A DNA stretch of 64,000 nucleotides from contig OX597822.1 in assembly GCA_951406725.2 (NCBI GenBank), forward strand, positions 41,416,001 through 41,480,000, in the 5' to 3' direction. Below the pieces are notes generated by a model. That model was not told the DNA's origin. It was given only the letters and a program-made list of their open reading frames with translations, and searched no databases. The translations under genes and the position numbers were made by a program. Below, one piece after another: positions 1-13,103 of the stretch. This stretch comes from Octopus vulgaris. Lineage: Eukaryota. Each line of letters starts with the position of its first letter. Within the stretch, counting starts at the first letter, position 1.

Positions 1-59
<59 letters not shown>

Positions 60-384
60 TACACATATACATATAAATATACACACACATATATATATAC
101 GCATATACATATATATATATATATGTATACATACATATATATATATATATGTATATATAAATATATATATATATATATATACACATATATATATATACAT
201 ATATATTCATAGATCTATATGTTTACATGCAGACATATATTTATTTATATACATACATATATATACATCATGTATCATGCGTGTTTGTATATGTATATAT
301 GCATGGATAGCTAATCATACATGAATTTGTATTTTTGTGTGCGTATGTGTGGATTTATGTATATGCATATATATGTGAAAATAC

Positions 385-415
<31 letters not shown>

Positions 416-420
416 CATAT
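1..420. repeat. (TA)n / TA-CA-TG compound microsatellite
   Basis: Perfect (AT)n at the window start, decaying into TACA/TATG-rich low complexity. Confidence 0.95.
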
Positions 421-578
421 AGTAATGTATGTAGAAATAAATTTGCTCCCGCAGGAACCCATTGACGTGTGAAATATTATAGATTTTGGCCTTGATTCGT
501 TCGTTACAATATTAGTAAGCTACATCTCTGTATTAATTGACTCACTGATCTACCTCACCATCATTTCAGTTAGATTTC

Positions 579-632
<54 letters not shown>

Positions 633-693
633 TAGGTGTGTATCTCTGTATTTCTTTTGGTACATGATTCTCTCTTTCTCTGTCGATATATAA

Positions 694-736
<43 letters not shown>

Positions 737-740
<4 letters not shown>

Positions 741-785
741 GGTCCCGGGTTGAGTCGGGGTTAACCACAGTAAATAAGGTACTCA

Positions 786-791
<6 letters not shown>
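737..791. mobile_element. Short interspersed repeat fragment in (TA)n, likely a PLE terminus (copy 1)
   Basis: tgtaggtcccgggttgagtcggggttaaccacagtaaataaggtactcaataca recurs almost identically at 21559-21611. Both copies abut (TA)n. The PLE assignment is inference. Confidence 0.6.
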
Positions 792-818
<27 letters not shown>

Positions 819-1109
819 CACAATGATAAATCTCAGACCGAGATAGAGCACAGAAAGTGTGTCTATAGCCAGCTGGAGGAGGTGTCTTCCTGGGGCTACA
901 AACTACAGTAGCATCCACCCTTAGGGGTTAGCCATATTCAAATGGCAAATATACGTCACGATATATACACACATATATATGTATACATATTAACATCTAT
1001 GTAAATAAATACACATACATATACACACACACATACATACATACATACATACATACATATGTACATACATACATACATACATACATACATACATACATAC
1101 ATACATACA

Positions 1110-1145
<36 letters not shown>

Positions 1146-1194
1146 TGAATCTTCCATGTGTTAACATGTTCTTCCTTGGGACAGCGTAAACCTC

Positions 1195-1525
1195 CATTTA
1201 ATCAAGATAACCTTGGCCTCAAGAGTAGCCTGGTGCATACACCTCGCTTGGATATTTCCTACTTCTGAGGTTCCGCTCGCTATGAAATATACGTAGCCTT
1301 GATCTTATCTATTCCATTCCTCAACTTTTGTATTCTTTTTCGCATACTCGGCAATCTTGGTCGCCTACCGTGAAACACAAAAAAGAACTTTTTTCAATTT
1401 ATCGTCCTTCGATAAGAAAAAAATCGTCAACTTTCTGTTTCTGTAATACACTATTGACTCTGAAAGTTGTTTTTATATTTACTAAGGTTTGCTTGAAGCT
1501 AACTTTCTTCCTACACCTCGACACT
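1195..1525. mobile_element. Interspersed repeat (copy 1), homologous to 24016-24342, probably PLE-derived
   Basis: Colinear similarity with the second copy (e.g. tacacctcgcttggatattt, gttccgctcgctatgaaa, tcgcatactcggcaa, ggtcgcctaccgtgaaa, tgcttgaagctaac, ttcttcctacacctcga). The second copy has an inverted terminal duplication as seen in PLEs. Confidence 0.65.
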
Positions 1526-2451
1526 TGGATCTTGTGCGTGTGTACGTGTGTATGCGTGTGTGTGTGTGTGTGTACGTATGTTTGTGTGTGTGTGTGTACG
1601 TATGTTTGTGTGTGCGTGTGTATCTATCTTTCTGTTTATGCATACATCTCGCTGTCTTCCTTTCTCCCTCCCGACATATGTTCTGGCTAAAAGAATTTGT
1701 ACTGAAATCGCTTCGAAATATATCCCTACCTTTTTCTCCAATGTAAGAATCATCTTTGATTATAGAACTACTATCCATTTGATCTGACCAGGGGTTAAAC
1801 AACATCAGCTTCACACAATCAAGCTTTCTCGAAAAAAAATTTGCATATGTAAACGCGTTCCCTTTTCACATTGAACTATTTCCAAATCATGAACCTTTTT
1901 CCCAGTCAACAAACACCTGGAATATTCTAACGTTAACCAGCTTTAACTTTTGCCAACCCAGACATTCCAAACTCGCCATAGTTTTTAGTCAGACGTCAAA
2001 ATGTTCTGGTTTTGGGCAGAAGCAAGATGGCGGAAAATGGAAGCTTATACGTCAAACGGGTTAGACATAATGCTGTTGACGTCACTTAGGGAGGCGTGAA
2101 GTTCAGTTCTGTGTACGACAGTGATAGGGCTTTGGTAACACATGGTGACACCTAAACAGTTCTCATAAGCTAGTTTTTAAAGGAGCATGAGCATTTATGA
2201 TGTGTGTGTGTGCGTGTGTGTGCGCGCTCGAGTACGCGCGTGTATTCTTGTATGGGTGTGTGTGTGTGCGTGCTCTTGTGTGCGTTCTCGTGCGTATGTG
2301 CTTGTAAAAGTGTTTGCCTTTGTTTTTGTGTTTGCCTGGGTACATCTCTGTTCATAACATGCAACATACACACCCAGACACAGGATGGCATACAAACATA
2401 CACACACATATATGTGTATGTATCTACACCCATATTTCCGTATATAGATGG

Positions 2452-2452
2452 T

Positions 2453-2510
<58 letters not shown>

Positions 2511-2531
2511 TATATATAGATAGATAGATAG

Positions 2532-2612
<81 letters not shown>
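2452..2612. repeat. (GATA)n + (TA)n microsatellite
   Basis: Direct tandem repeats. Confidence 0.95.
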
Positions 2613-2615
<3 letters not shown>

Positions 2616-2646
2616 ATCTATATATGTATATATATGCACATAGGCA

Positions 2647-2814
2647 TACTCTTTTACTCCTTTACTTGTTTCAGTCATGTGACCGTGGCTATGCTGGAGC
2701 ACCGCCTTTAGTCGAGCAAATCGACCTCACGACATATTCTTTGTGAGCCTAGTACTTATTCTATCGGTCTCTTTAGCCGAACTGCTAAGTTACGGGGACA
2801 TAAACACACCAGCT
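2647..2814 (-). mobile_element. SINE family A, 3' half
   Basis: Reverse complement of the family-A tail (ggcggtgctccagcat...gactgaaacaagtaaa) and of gatagaataagtactaggct. Confidence 0.85.
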
Positions 2815-3129
2815 ACTTTTAAACCATTGTTGGGTTTAAAAGTAGAAAATCTTGCAACCTTGTTAATACTCCTAATTCTTGGATTTGTACGAGTAAAGCG
2901 TATAGCATTCATCCTGCCTTATTCTTTGAATGGTTGGCTTTATCTTGTCTCACATTTTCATTAAGGTTGAGTGCTTAAGGGGCTTAAATCACTATTCTTT
3001 TATTCACTTATTATTGCTTAGCTTATATTAAGCAGCGGCGTTTTTATCAGTTTCAGTTTCCTTTACAATATAGATAAGTAAGTGTTTATGCTACGCCCAG
3101 TATTAAGGTTGCATTTGGTGTACTTGTTA

Positions 3130-3690
3130 ATTTCAAAGATATTCGGAGTTGTCAATGTTATCAGCTGGGTTAAGTGTTGCTGAGAATGAGAATTTTACCG
3201 TAAACGTAATAAAGATACTATAACATTTATGCTTGGGAAGAAAGTTCTTCATTAGTATCTCACAGTAAGTCATAGCGATGTTTGTTTTTAGTTACTTGCG
3301 TAAGAAGCATTATATCTTGCTACGTTTTTCTTTAATGTTAGTTACAAAAAAAAAACATAAATGAATTAGGAATATAAACAAAAACATTTTGTAGAAAAAT
3401 AACTTGAATGAAGCGGGAAAATAATTTGCTGGGCTTTCTAAGACTCTGTGAAAAACTCAATTTCATTTAACTGGACAACGTCCACTGAGTGTCCCCTTGA
3501 AAGTAAGTGTCTCATAAATAATGTAATATTCCATTTCTGGTCTGTTACCCAAGCTAGCAATAGATATTATATCGACTCAACATCGACATCCTTTAAATAC
3601 CGCTATAATGTGCACAAAAATATATTCACTAAAAACAGTTAAGAAAATCTATCAGTATCAGAAAATATACGGATTTTAAAATATAGATTT
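3130..3690. pseudogene. Penelope-like remnants: minus-strand RT/EN linker (3130-3340) and plus-strand GIY-YIG fragment (3470-3690)
   Basis: The plus frame reads CPLESKCLINNVIFH...RYYIDSTSTSFKYRYNVHK, matching the PLE CPL-x-G-x-CL...YIG-x-T...FK-x-RY-x-x-HK pattern. The minus part resembles the PLE linker but is very degenerate. Confidence 0.6.
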
Positions 3691-3702
3691 GTGGGTGTGT
3701 GC

Positions 3703-3756
<54 letters not shown>

Positions 3757-3782
3757 GGGTGTGTGTATATGTATGTATTATG

Positions 3783-3835
<53 letters not shown>

Positions 3836-3839
3836 CACT

Positions 3840-4562
3840 GGTGACTCCGGCACTCGGGCTGTTCGGGCTTAGCCTGAGTATAACTTTATTAAAGTGAACA
3901 TGTATTTTGAAGTTGATTTAATTTCTGTCAACACTGACTCCAAGTATACAATTGCAGCCAATAAATCAGGCTCCTTTTATTGACCTTGGTGGCAATTCAT
4001 TTATTTTCTTTCAGAGTCTGGTACTCGTCTTAGAGGTGTCCTGTATCAAAAAATATATTTCGCAGCAGACGTTCTCTCGACATCGTTCACACACGCCTGA
4101 CTCGGACTCAAAAGTTACAGTCCTAGTTGTTATCTATAATCGTAAAAATTAAAAATAATTTAAATTCACTGTTCTCTTGAAACAATAAATTTCTATAGAG
4201 ATTGGAATTTAAATTCCAATCTGTGAAAAGTTTCCGTTATAATTATCCAGCAACTCGGGCTAATACGAACGAGCCTGATCGCTGTAAATCACTAACTGAC
4301 ATCTCTTGTCAAGAATACAGTTAACAGTCAGATCGTTGATGTTTGTTGTGCACTCTGCTATCGTTATTTGATTACTGTTATTCTGTGCGCCTGTGTATAA
4401 AGATCTGTTGTGTTTTGCGGGGTTGTTTTGTTGTTATCCTTAACTTAGAAATGGAGAAAGAAATAGCGTGCGAGATATTAAAAAATAATCTATTTGGGGC
4501 TGGAAATAAAGCGCATGCCCAATCTGTGATGAGCCCGAATGACACTGACTACCTGGAGTCGC

Positions 4563-4563
<1 letters not shown>
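3840..4563. mobile_element. Non-autonomous TIR element (MITE-like), superfamily unassigned
   Basis: Left end ggtgactccgg...ttcgggctta; right end reverse-complemented ggcgactccagg...ttcgggctca. No ORF. Next to (TA)n on both sides. Confidence 0.5.
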
Positions 4564-4752
<189 letters not shown>

Positions 4753-4755
4753 GAC

Positions 4756-6340
4756 TTGGAAGGCTCCATCGATGTTGCGATGGGAGTATTCGAAATTGCT
4801 GATGTCTGTGACACTATATATCTTTTACTTTGGGAATACTCAGTAAGAAGTTTGCTTCAATTAGCTTTAACCACTTTAGGGACAGTGCCTTCGCAATATC
4901 AAAAAGGACAAACGTCCGTACTTTCGAAAAGCTTGCGTAGGATCTAACCCATGCCCATCATTCTCTTGGGGTCATTGTCACAATAGAAACCAGCCTGGAA
5001 ATTGTTGGTTTCCTCAATGTTACATCAAATCTAAACACTGGTATCTACCTTTTCGGAAACCGAATAAAGGACTGATATTTATTAATGGAACTTTCTGCCA
5101 TGCAAGCCATAATCTTCAGGAATCTAGTGAATGGTTCTTAGCAGAACAGTCTCTAACCTGTCTTTGAATATGTGGATCTTCGACGTCATAGCCTCTGGCC
5201 ATCATTGGACTGAAGAATAAAATTAGCTGTATAACTAATATATACCAAGCCCTAATCCTACTAAGAGGAAATGCTATCGTAAGATTATTTGGTTTACGAT
5301 CCCATTTTCCCCAAATGTAAAACCTTGTGTAGGCAGAATCTTCCTGAGTTTAGTTGACAACTAGACACAAGAAATATATAACTAGATAAATAGATACACA
5401 GATACAGGAAGATATTTAATAATCATACTTTGAAGGTCTCTTTTAACTATGCATCTTGCATAAAGAAAATGTTAGGAAGCTGGCCCCAGATCTAAAACAG
5501 AAATAGGCTGCGAATGCTGAGGTAATGATGCAGAAACTATTGTGTATGAAGCGGAGGCGGTGTCAAAGGATCTCAGTGGAGTGACGAGCGTGCGAAAATA
5601 GGTGGATGTGAAAGAAGACCTCTTCAGAAATTTATTCAACAGTCAGAAGTTCTCATCTAATATCCATGGAAGACGAAATGCCACAACTCCAGCGAGGCAT
5701 ATATGGACATTGAAGGAAAACACTGTACTTTACAAGAAGTGGAGGTTCCTAGAAAATTAAAGCCCCTAGTAAGAATGGCAGGCTTTGTTGATTGAGAGCA
5801 GAACCATACACTTATCTACTCTGTGAAAGTGAAGTCCCTGCCTTCATAAGTGCAGATATACTTTCGTAAAAGGTTGGAGTTCACCCATGGGTGTTTCTAC
5901 TTGATGCAATCCGAGGAATTAGTATAAGATTTACCACACCCAACGTTGATATACAATCACATACATATATCCACGACCATGCATAATTTTAAAATTAACT
6001 CCGTGCTGCAGCTTCAGCCGCACCCTCTCTCAACTCAGTCTCCTTTAAGAAAATGTCTTGCATATCGAGGTGACCTAGTGTGATTACTATCTAAGGGACT
6101 TAACACCAATAAGTTATATATTTTTCATTCGTTTTATATTTCGCTTTTTGTTTTTTTTTTTGTTTTTTTTTACAACAGCCATAAAATCCACGCACGGGAT
6201 GCGACATCTTCAGGCCTCCAGTTGTAAAGAGTTCATACCATACTATTCCATTCAGCCGCCTCTGATAATTGCTGGACTGGTTCCCAACTTCTTCCACGAA
6301 ACAAATTCGGATTATATGAGGTTATGGTATTGTATTTTAT
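4756..6340 (+). pseudogene. Degenerate Penelope-like retroelement (RT + GIY-YIG + terminal region)
   Basis: Fragmented frames GSIDVAMGVFEIADVCD (cf. PLE FDVTMGSxDGAEVCE), RKIIWFTIPFSPNVKPCVGRIFLSLVD, RYRKIFNNHTLKVS, IVYEAEA and NATTPARHIWTLKEN. Many frameshifts and stops. Confidence 0.8.
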
Positions 6341-7138
6341 TAATAATACAGGTATACATACATACAAATATAAATGTATGTATGTATGCATAAATGCATG
6401 TATATATTATATTGTATGTACACATATAAATCCAGGATCACAAAATGTTCCTATTCCGTGAGTGTGCAAGAGTGACAACAAATGGAATTTTGGATAAAAA
6501 TTTATTTTAGGTAATGGTAATTCCAGTCGTTTGAAACACGGAAATCCTAAAAGAAAAATTCACACACACACACACAACAATAAACTGGATATTTTTATGT
6601 TGCTTCTAATTAAACGCTAATTAGTTACCTAGATGCTCTCTCTTTATATGTATCTATCTATCTGTTTGTCTATCTATCTCTCACTTTCCCTCACCTCTCT
6701 CTCTTTCTCTCTCTTTTCTCTCTCTCTCTCTCTCTCTCTCCCTTTCTCCGCATATCTCTTATATAAATCACTACAGACTTATACTTTCATATATCCACTC
6801 TCCTCTCTCTTTATAGTGTTCGTGCTTTTAAAATTAACAATATTTTGTTTCTTCGGTATTTCAAGTAAATCACGATATCTACTGGATATATTTTGATATT
6901 TTAAACTTTATATAGAAAATAAACCATAGTACTTGCGTTATACATTTTCTTCGAAAATACATAGTAATTTTTCACATTTATCTCTCAAAGTTTTGGTGGG
7001 TTTTTTTTACCAAAATGTTAAAATGGCATTTCATTTCGAAAAGTAAACAAAGATATATGAAAATTTTTGAATGAAAAGTTAATGGAAATATACGTTTAAC
7101 CTGATAATATATAAAATCGAAAATCACCTTATACACAC

Positions 7139-7174
<36 letters not shown>

Positions 7175-7189
7175 TAAACATCAGCACAA

Positions 7190-7640
7190 GCAGCTAGGTG
7201 TCCATTGGTCGGCTTGCCAAGATTCCCTTTCCTTTAATATTATGATGCATGCCTACAATCAGCCAGACTGTTTCCAGTTCATGTTATATAATTAATTCAT
7301 CAATGGAGCATCATGCCACTCACATAACGAATAGGAGTTCACCGGCAACAAGTACGCCATACGAACACTAGAAAATTTAGTAAGCATTTAAGTAGTACGT
7401 TTTGTAGAGAAACTCGGCAACCAAGTTTTTAACTTTTCTAATTATGCCAATGTACTGAATATATGACATGAACAACAAAAGAATCAATATAGAGCATTTT
7501 TCTTATTGAAAAAGATAAACCAGGTTTAAATTGTTACAGTCGCTTCCTTTTAATTCATCAATATTTATTTTTCTCACATCCTTTTGAATACTTAAAATGA
7601 ATAAATTGTCATCTCTTCTTAATTTGTGTCTACTAGAGTA
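7190..7640 (+). pseudogene. Possible highly decayed PLE GIY-YIG fragment
   Basis: Begins RCPLVGL after (TA)n, resembling the CPL-x-G-x-C motif. The downstream motifs are only weakly recognisable. Confidence 0.3.
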
Positions 7641-8185
7641 CACAATATTACTTCTCTTGTTAACTAGTGAGTCTATAATGCACCTACTTGAAATAGACAC
7701 ATAATACATTAAATTAAAACTAGTAGCTAGCCAATTCAAGCGTACATTCTAATAAATATCTTCGATAAGAAATGAAACCGATTCGTATTTATGTACTCTA
7801 AAATATTAAATTCTGTAATGTAAAAACAATGTGCTTTGAAATATCTAATTTTGGAATGATATGTTAGTAGTAATGAGTTTTGGATATATTTTGGAATAAC
7901 GCATTCTGAAATAATTTGATTGCGATATTCTGGTCTGTTATACGTATTATCGTATTTTAAAACAATTTGATTGCAATGATATACTATGAAACCACTGCAA
8001 CATAAAAAGAAAATGATATTTTCGATTTTTTTACCATTTGTCTAGATCTCCCAAATTGTGTGGGATACTTTTAACATTTTACTCAAGCATGCACGCATAT
8101 ATACATGCATATATGTGTGAGAGAGAGAGATATAATTTTATAAATAGACAGATAGATAGATAAAGGCACACGCGCGTGCGCACAT

Positions 8186-8310
8186 TACGGGCTTGTTTCA
8201 GTTTCCGTCTACCAAGCCCGCTCACAAGAGTTTTGTCGGCCTGGGGCTATAGGAGAAGACATGTAACCTAGGTGTCACGCAGCGGTATTCAACCCAAAGC
8301 CACGTGGTCC
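8186..8310 (-). mobile_element. SINE family A, 5' fragment
   Basis: tttcagtttccgtctaccaa...gctataggagaagaca matches the family-A head and body in reverse. Confidence 0.75.
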
Positions 8311-8589
8311 GAATATATTGAAAAATTGCTGTTTCGAATGAGATAAAATTACTCCTAACCAGTGGCCTGGGAACAAAATTTGCTTTGGGGGTGCAAACTC
8401 AGGTCCAATTTTTTTTTACAAACAAGGCTGATATTTTTCAATCTAAATATCAAAACAAACACAATCATAATAATATTTTAATGCTTCAAACAATTCCAAA
8501 AATTTTTCTACAGTGGCTCGTTTTGATGATGAAGTTTTCCAAGAGGATACCCAAAGTGTTTTTGTTGTACATACTTTTCAGAACAGTGT

Positions 8590-9300
8590 GTCAGACGGTG
8601 TTGCGTCATTGTGGTGCAGAGTCAGGTCTTCAGACAACGAAGTGTGCTGAACATTCTCTCGCTTGCTGCAACAGACCCAGGCTTGCAACATGACGACATT
8701 CTCACCGCAAAAGCTTGATCAATAGTGCTTTCAGAAGAATGATGCTTTGGTGAACAGAATTCAATACATCAGTGACCAGGGCAACCGTACATCCAACTGC
8801 TTGGAGGACAAAGTCCAGAGAGTGGTTTCCGCAGTGTATAAAATACGTACCAGGAAACATGTCTTTTAATATCTTTTATATAGCTGAAATGTTTCCGCTC
8901 ATGGTACACGCGCCATCAAAGGCAAAAAGAGCATAATTTTGACCTGAAGAAATGTTTAGGCAACAAAAAACATCCGGAATAATCTTAGTCAGTGTCTCCG
9001 AAGTGTAGTCAGGAGGGTTATAGAAGCTGAGAAAATCTTCGTAGAAAACCTGCTTTTCGGAAATATAACGACAATAACTGATTCTTCTTGTTCCATGCCA
9101 GAGCAATCACATATAACATCAATAAACATGGTATCTTCAACATTTTTTCTGATTTCATGTAGGATGTTATGAGCATATACCTCTGGGGTTTCATTATGTA
9201 TGGTATCAGATAGGAAAATATTTCGTTTAAGCTGCTGACTTTTATTTCTGCACTACATTCTTCGGCAAGTTCTTTTATGAGATTTACGAAGTTCCTGTGA
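8590..9300 (-). pseudogene. hAT transposase remnant
   Basis: Minus frames NFVNLIKELAE, CRYISEKQVFYEDFLSFY...SETL...FDGACTMSG, IHCGNHSLDFVLQ (HC-x-x-H motif), and the dimerisation motif SVAASERMFSTLRCLKT*LCTTMTQHRL. Confidence 0.85.
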
Positions 9301-9309
9301 CGTGTGTTA

Positions 9310-11660
9310 ACTTTCTCTTCAAAGATGGAACTAGTAACTTATTTTGTCTTTTACTAAGAATAATCCTTGATCTTTCAACAATGGAACTACGGAATGCTAT
9401 TATCCTTCACTAAGAATTTCCATAATTCTCTAATCATAAAAGTGCTAACCACTATTATCTTTCACTAAGTATGTTCTTTAATTCTTCGATGAACTGGTAA
9501 CTACTAATGTCCTTTATTGTATCTTTCAGTAGTTCTGCGAATGCAATGTCATAATGTCAACTCAAGAATGTGCATATCCGTGATGAATTATTTATATATG
9601 ACCCATTTTGATCCATTAGAAAGCCAATCAAGTTATGTGTAGCTGATTTTTGTTTAGAAAAGTGGAAAAAGAACTTTGGAAGTAGATTTTATATTTTTCA
9701 CTGATCTTTGTTCCCTTAGCGAAGTTTCTTTTTTATGAGATAGTTTTAGGTCCAGTTCGATGTTCTTTTCTTCCTCTCGGTCTCATCTTTTGAGAGAGTT
9801 TGGTTTTTTTTAGTTGTTTTATTGGTTTGGTTCCCTTACACATTAGTATCCGTCTATCTCACGGAATCAAGTGCTTGCGGGAATAGGCGAGTTTACATGG
9901 GACATGCTTTCAACAGATCCTGATTAACTCTTCATACAGAAACTTCATTCCCTCGTTAAATTGGGGTCGCCAACATGCAGAGACCAATTTATATAGAGGA
10001 TTTCAGTTTCGGTTTCCTTCCACTTGGCCTTCCTGAAATCCAAGTTTATGAGAGGTGAGTCATGTTTGATGTTATTTGTGTGTGTTGCCCACTTTGATAA
10101 TTATATGTTGTGGTCAAAAATAACTGTGGGAAAGACCTAAACATTGTGAATGAAGTATGTATTGATGAAGTCTGTAAAGACTAGATCGAGTATGTTATTT
10201 CCCCTAATTGGACGGGTAATAATTCGTTGCATGAGGAAACCTTTAGTGGTATCTCCCCTGTTCAGTTGTTTAATTTCAGGTTGGATACAGCCCTCAGGCC
10301 AGCTGAGATAAGGAAAATTAAAGTCCCCTTCTAAAAGTACATTGATCTGTGGGCTGAGATCGTTTGGGTTTTGACTTATGAACGTAATGGTAATGCCTAT
10401 CATTAAATTGAGGTCAATCTCATGCATTATTAGTGTATCGTACACTGTGTTGGAGTGGGAGAGAGATGGACATATGTTGCCAGGTCTTCTCAGATGAAGA
10501 TCGCTATTTCCTTGTTTCCGTATTCTGTAGTCAGTTCTGAGTAATATATTACCTGACATATCTACTTCCGTATCCAATGTCTGGGGTCAGATGCGTTTCC
10601 CTTATAGCTACACATATTATCTTTTTTTCGCTGTACAAGGTCTCTAAGATATGATACACTCGTTCGATTTGTGAAGTGCGAAAGATCTTGTACATTTGAC
10701 ACTATTATTGAGTTGAGATTGTGTACATTTGACACTATTATTGAGTTGAGATTGTGTACATTTGACTCTATTATTGTGGTTGTGTACTGTGATAGCAGCA
10801 TTGGCTGGTGCTGTACGAGAACTAGAAGCTTTTAAAAAATTTATTTTGCCAGATTCATCATCGCTAAAACTGAATTTTCTTGTGTTGGGAAGGTTGTTAT
10901 CTGGAGTTGGTATGGTTGCACTGTTGTATATGGTTATGACTGTATGTTCTGCGGCTGTTGATTTTACTGTTGCACCCAGCAAATATCTGGATGACTTCTG
11001 GGTTTCGATGAAAGTCCGGACCAAAACTGCTCCTGTAAGGGATGTTTCTACTGTGGATTTGGTGATGGTTTAGTATCATGCTTTCACTGGTACATCGAGT
11101 CCCTGGAAGATGAGTGAAGGGACAGTCACACATCAGACATAATCGTTTGTGTAGGTGATAGCAACAGATTTTAGGATTCCGGATTACATGTGTACAAGTT
11201 ATTAAGTGTGATTTAGCATTTAGTGGTGGTGGTGATGGTGGTGTTGTAAGATGTGTGGTTTGGCGTTCGTTGATATTGCTTGCACAAAATGTGCATCTTG
11301 CCCGAGGTAAATGGGTGAAGTTACAGTCACCGCGCATGCATAGACTCTCGCGTTGAGAATAGCAGTATATTTTGGAGTTTTGTGCATTCATAATTTTGTT
11401 TTATTTACAGCTGGCAAATTTATCATGGAGCTGTCAGATGGAAGTGGCCTGGGGGGGGGGGGAGTGATTCTTCATTAATTGGAGTAGTAGTAGTGGTAGT
11501 GCGTTAGAATAGGATGACGATGGTGATGATGGATCTCTTGTGTTATTCTGAGAAGTTCAGTGGCCTGACTGTGGAGAAGGGCTAGGGTTTGTTTTGTTGA
11601 ATACATCATCAATTGTTCTGGTATTGTTGAGTAACTTCCAATGCTGATCTTGTTGTTGCT

Positions 11661-11720
<60 letters not shown>

Positions 11721-11767
11721 CAGTGGTGGCGGTGGTGGTGGTGGTGGTGGTGGTGGCGGTTGTAGTG

Positions 11768-11810
<43 letters not shown>

Positions 11811-12090
11811 AGCATGATGACAATGATGATGAAGGGTCACTTGTGGTATTCAGAGGAAATGAGCAAGAGGATAGCTGAACTGTAAAGGGCCCTTAATTGT
11901 GGAGTTTAATAGTTTATCTATTGCGCTGGTATTGAGAGAGTGGCTGTGGTTGTTGTTGTTGTTGTTATTATTATAGTGTTGTTATATATATAATTTTAAT
12001 TTTAATGTTGAGGATGCTTTAGTTCAGTAATATATCTTTCTAGGGATTTGGGCGGATTTTTTGCTTTTTATTTATTTTAGTTCTTTGTTC
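9310..12090 (-). mobile_element. CR1-group LINE, 5' portion (ORF1 + APE endonuclease + start of linker); RT absent
   Basis: APE motifs NVQDL...SYLRDL, ICVAIRETHL, LLEGDFNFPYLSW and PIRGNNILDLVFT. Linker EQRSVKNIKSTSKVLF...KQKS...IGFLMDQNG. Upstream ORF1-like segment with two CCCH-like fingers. Confidence 0.8.
11661..11808. repeat. (TAG)n/(TGG)n trinucleotide expansion inside LINE ORF1
   Basis: Direct tandem repeats. Confidence 0.95.
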
Positions 12091-12584
12091 TCATTTTGCG
12101 AAGAAAACTAACTTCAACTAACTTTTTACAGATCGACTTTTAAACACTATTTTCTAAGCCTGAGAAAGGTAAGTAGGGGATGCACTATTGAATTTTGTTC
12201 CCCAACAGAATTTTAGGGGTGCAAATGCATCCCCTGCAGCCCTTGTTCCTAACCAATGTTTAGCACTCCATCTAAATGCCAATTTTTAATGAAATATGAG
12301 ACATAATTTGTCCTCTGATTTTCTGTTCATATTATACACATTTGAATAATTTTACAGTTCTCATTAAGCACTGCCTAACAACAGATGTTGCTAAATAACA
12401 ATGGATTAAATTACTCTTTTTTTTCTGAAGACCCGGCGTTTCAAGGTGATTATGCAGTCGTCCACTTGGCGATTACTGCGCAACATATTGAGAGTCCCAG
12501 TTAGGAAATTTACCGCTTCTATTCTTAAAACTGCTTTAAAATAAAATTTAAAAAAACATTACATAAGCACATACACACAACTCA

Positions 12585-12795
12585 AGCGATGTGCTGGCAA
12601 AATCATTAGTGCGCCGGAAAAGGCTTACATTATTTGTTTGAGATTTCTGGATCTTCTGAATTCAAGCGTTGCTGTGATGAGCTTTGACCTTCATCCTTTA
12701 GACTTTGATGAAATAAAATAGGAGACAAATAGTGGTATCGATTGGACTGATTAATCTGCTTCTCTCAAAATGCTGGCCCTATGCCAGAAACCATC
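12585..12795 (+). mobile_element. SINE family B (Nin-domain), old degenerate copy
   Basis: gctggcaaaatcattag...ttctgaattcaa...ctttgaccttcatccttt matches family B. Confidence 0.6.
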
Positions 12796-12804
12796 GTTAT
12801 TATT

Positions 12805-12900
12805 ACTGAGTGAGAGAGCAGTGCATGCCATCAAAGTTACACTGGGGTAAAATATACGAAGCCCAGTATGCCCATCACGACTACCCGTCTGATAAGGGTT
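12805..12900. mobile_element. Short repeat fragment in (TTA)n, possibly a non-LTR 3' tail
   Basis: Mixed-base island between attatt and atcatc repeats. No coding motif seen. Confidence 0.3.
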
Positions 12901-13004
12901 ATTAATATCATCATCATGTTAAATCACTGCATACTTCTCAGCACGTTACAAAAATTGGTCGGATTTTAAACACATTACTACACTATGTTTCAAGAGCAGT
13001 TGAA

Positions 13005-13103
13005 AGGTCCTTGATGATCCCGTCTGGTTAAGTGTCCAGTTATACTTGAAGTATCCAATACCGAATACCAGACAACCACATTAGTGAAACGTACGTAGAA
13101 ACA
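13005..13103 (+). ncRNA. Degenerate type-I hammerhead motif (PLE terminus)
   Basis: gtcc-TTGATGA (C3>T)...gtctggt/accagac stem...GAAA-CGTACG-TA, with the palindrome ACGTACGT as stem III. Stem I is imperfect. Confidence 0.45.

Larger units (their letters stand above)
8360..12258 (-). mobile_element. Internally deleted hAT transposon (ZMYM1/DUF4371-like transposase) carrying a LINE insertion
   Basis: Left end cagtggcctgggaacaaaatttgctttgggggtgcaaa; right end ttttaggggtgcaaatgcatcccctgcagcccttgttcc. Transposase pieces lie at 8590-9300. Confidence 0.7.

Noticed and set aside
860-920. Hammerhead-like remnant (actacagt-a), with similar traces at 6255-6310, 24445-24520 and 25575-25635
   Set aside because: Core boxes or stems are too mutated to support a call.
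1680-1814. DSYIGEKGR as a GIY-YIG motif
   Set aside because: No upstream GIY-like strand or downstream R-x-x-EH in frame, so it may be chance.
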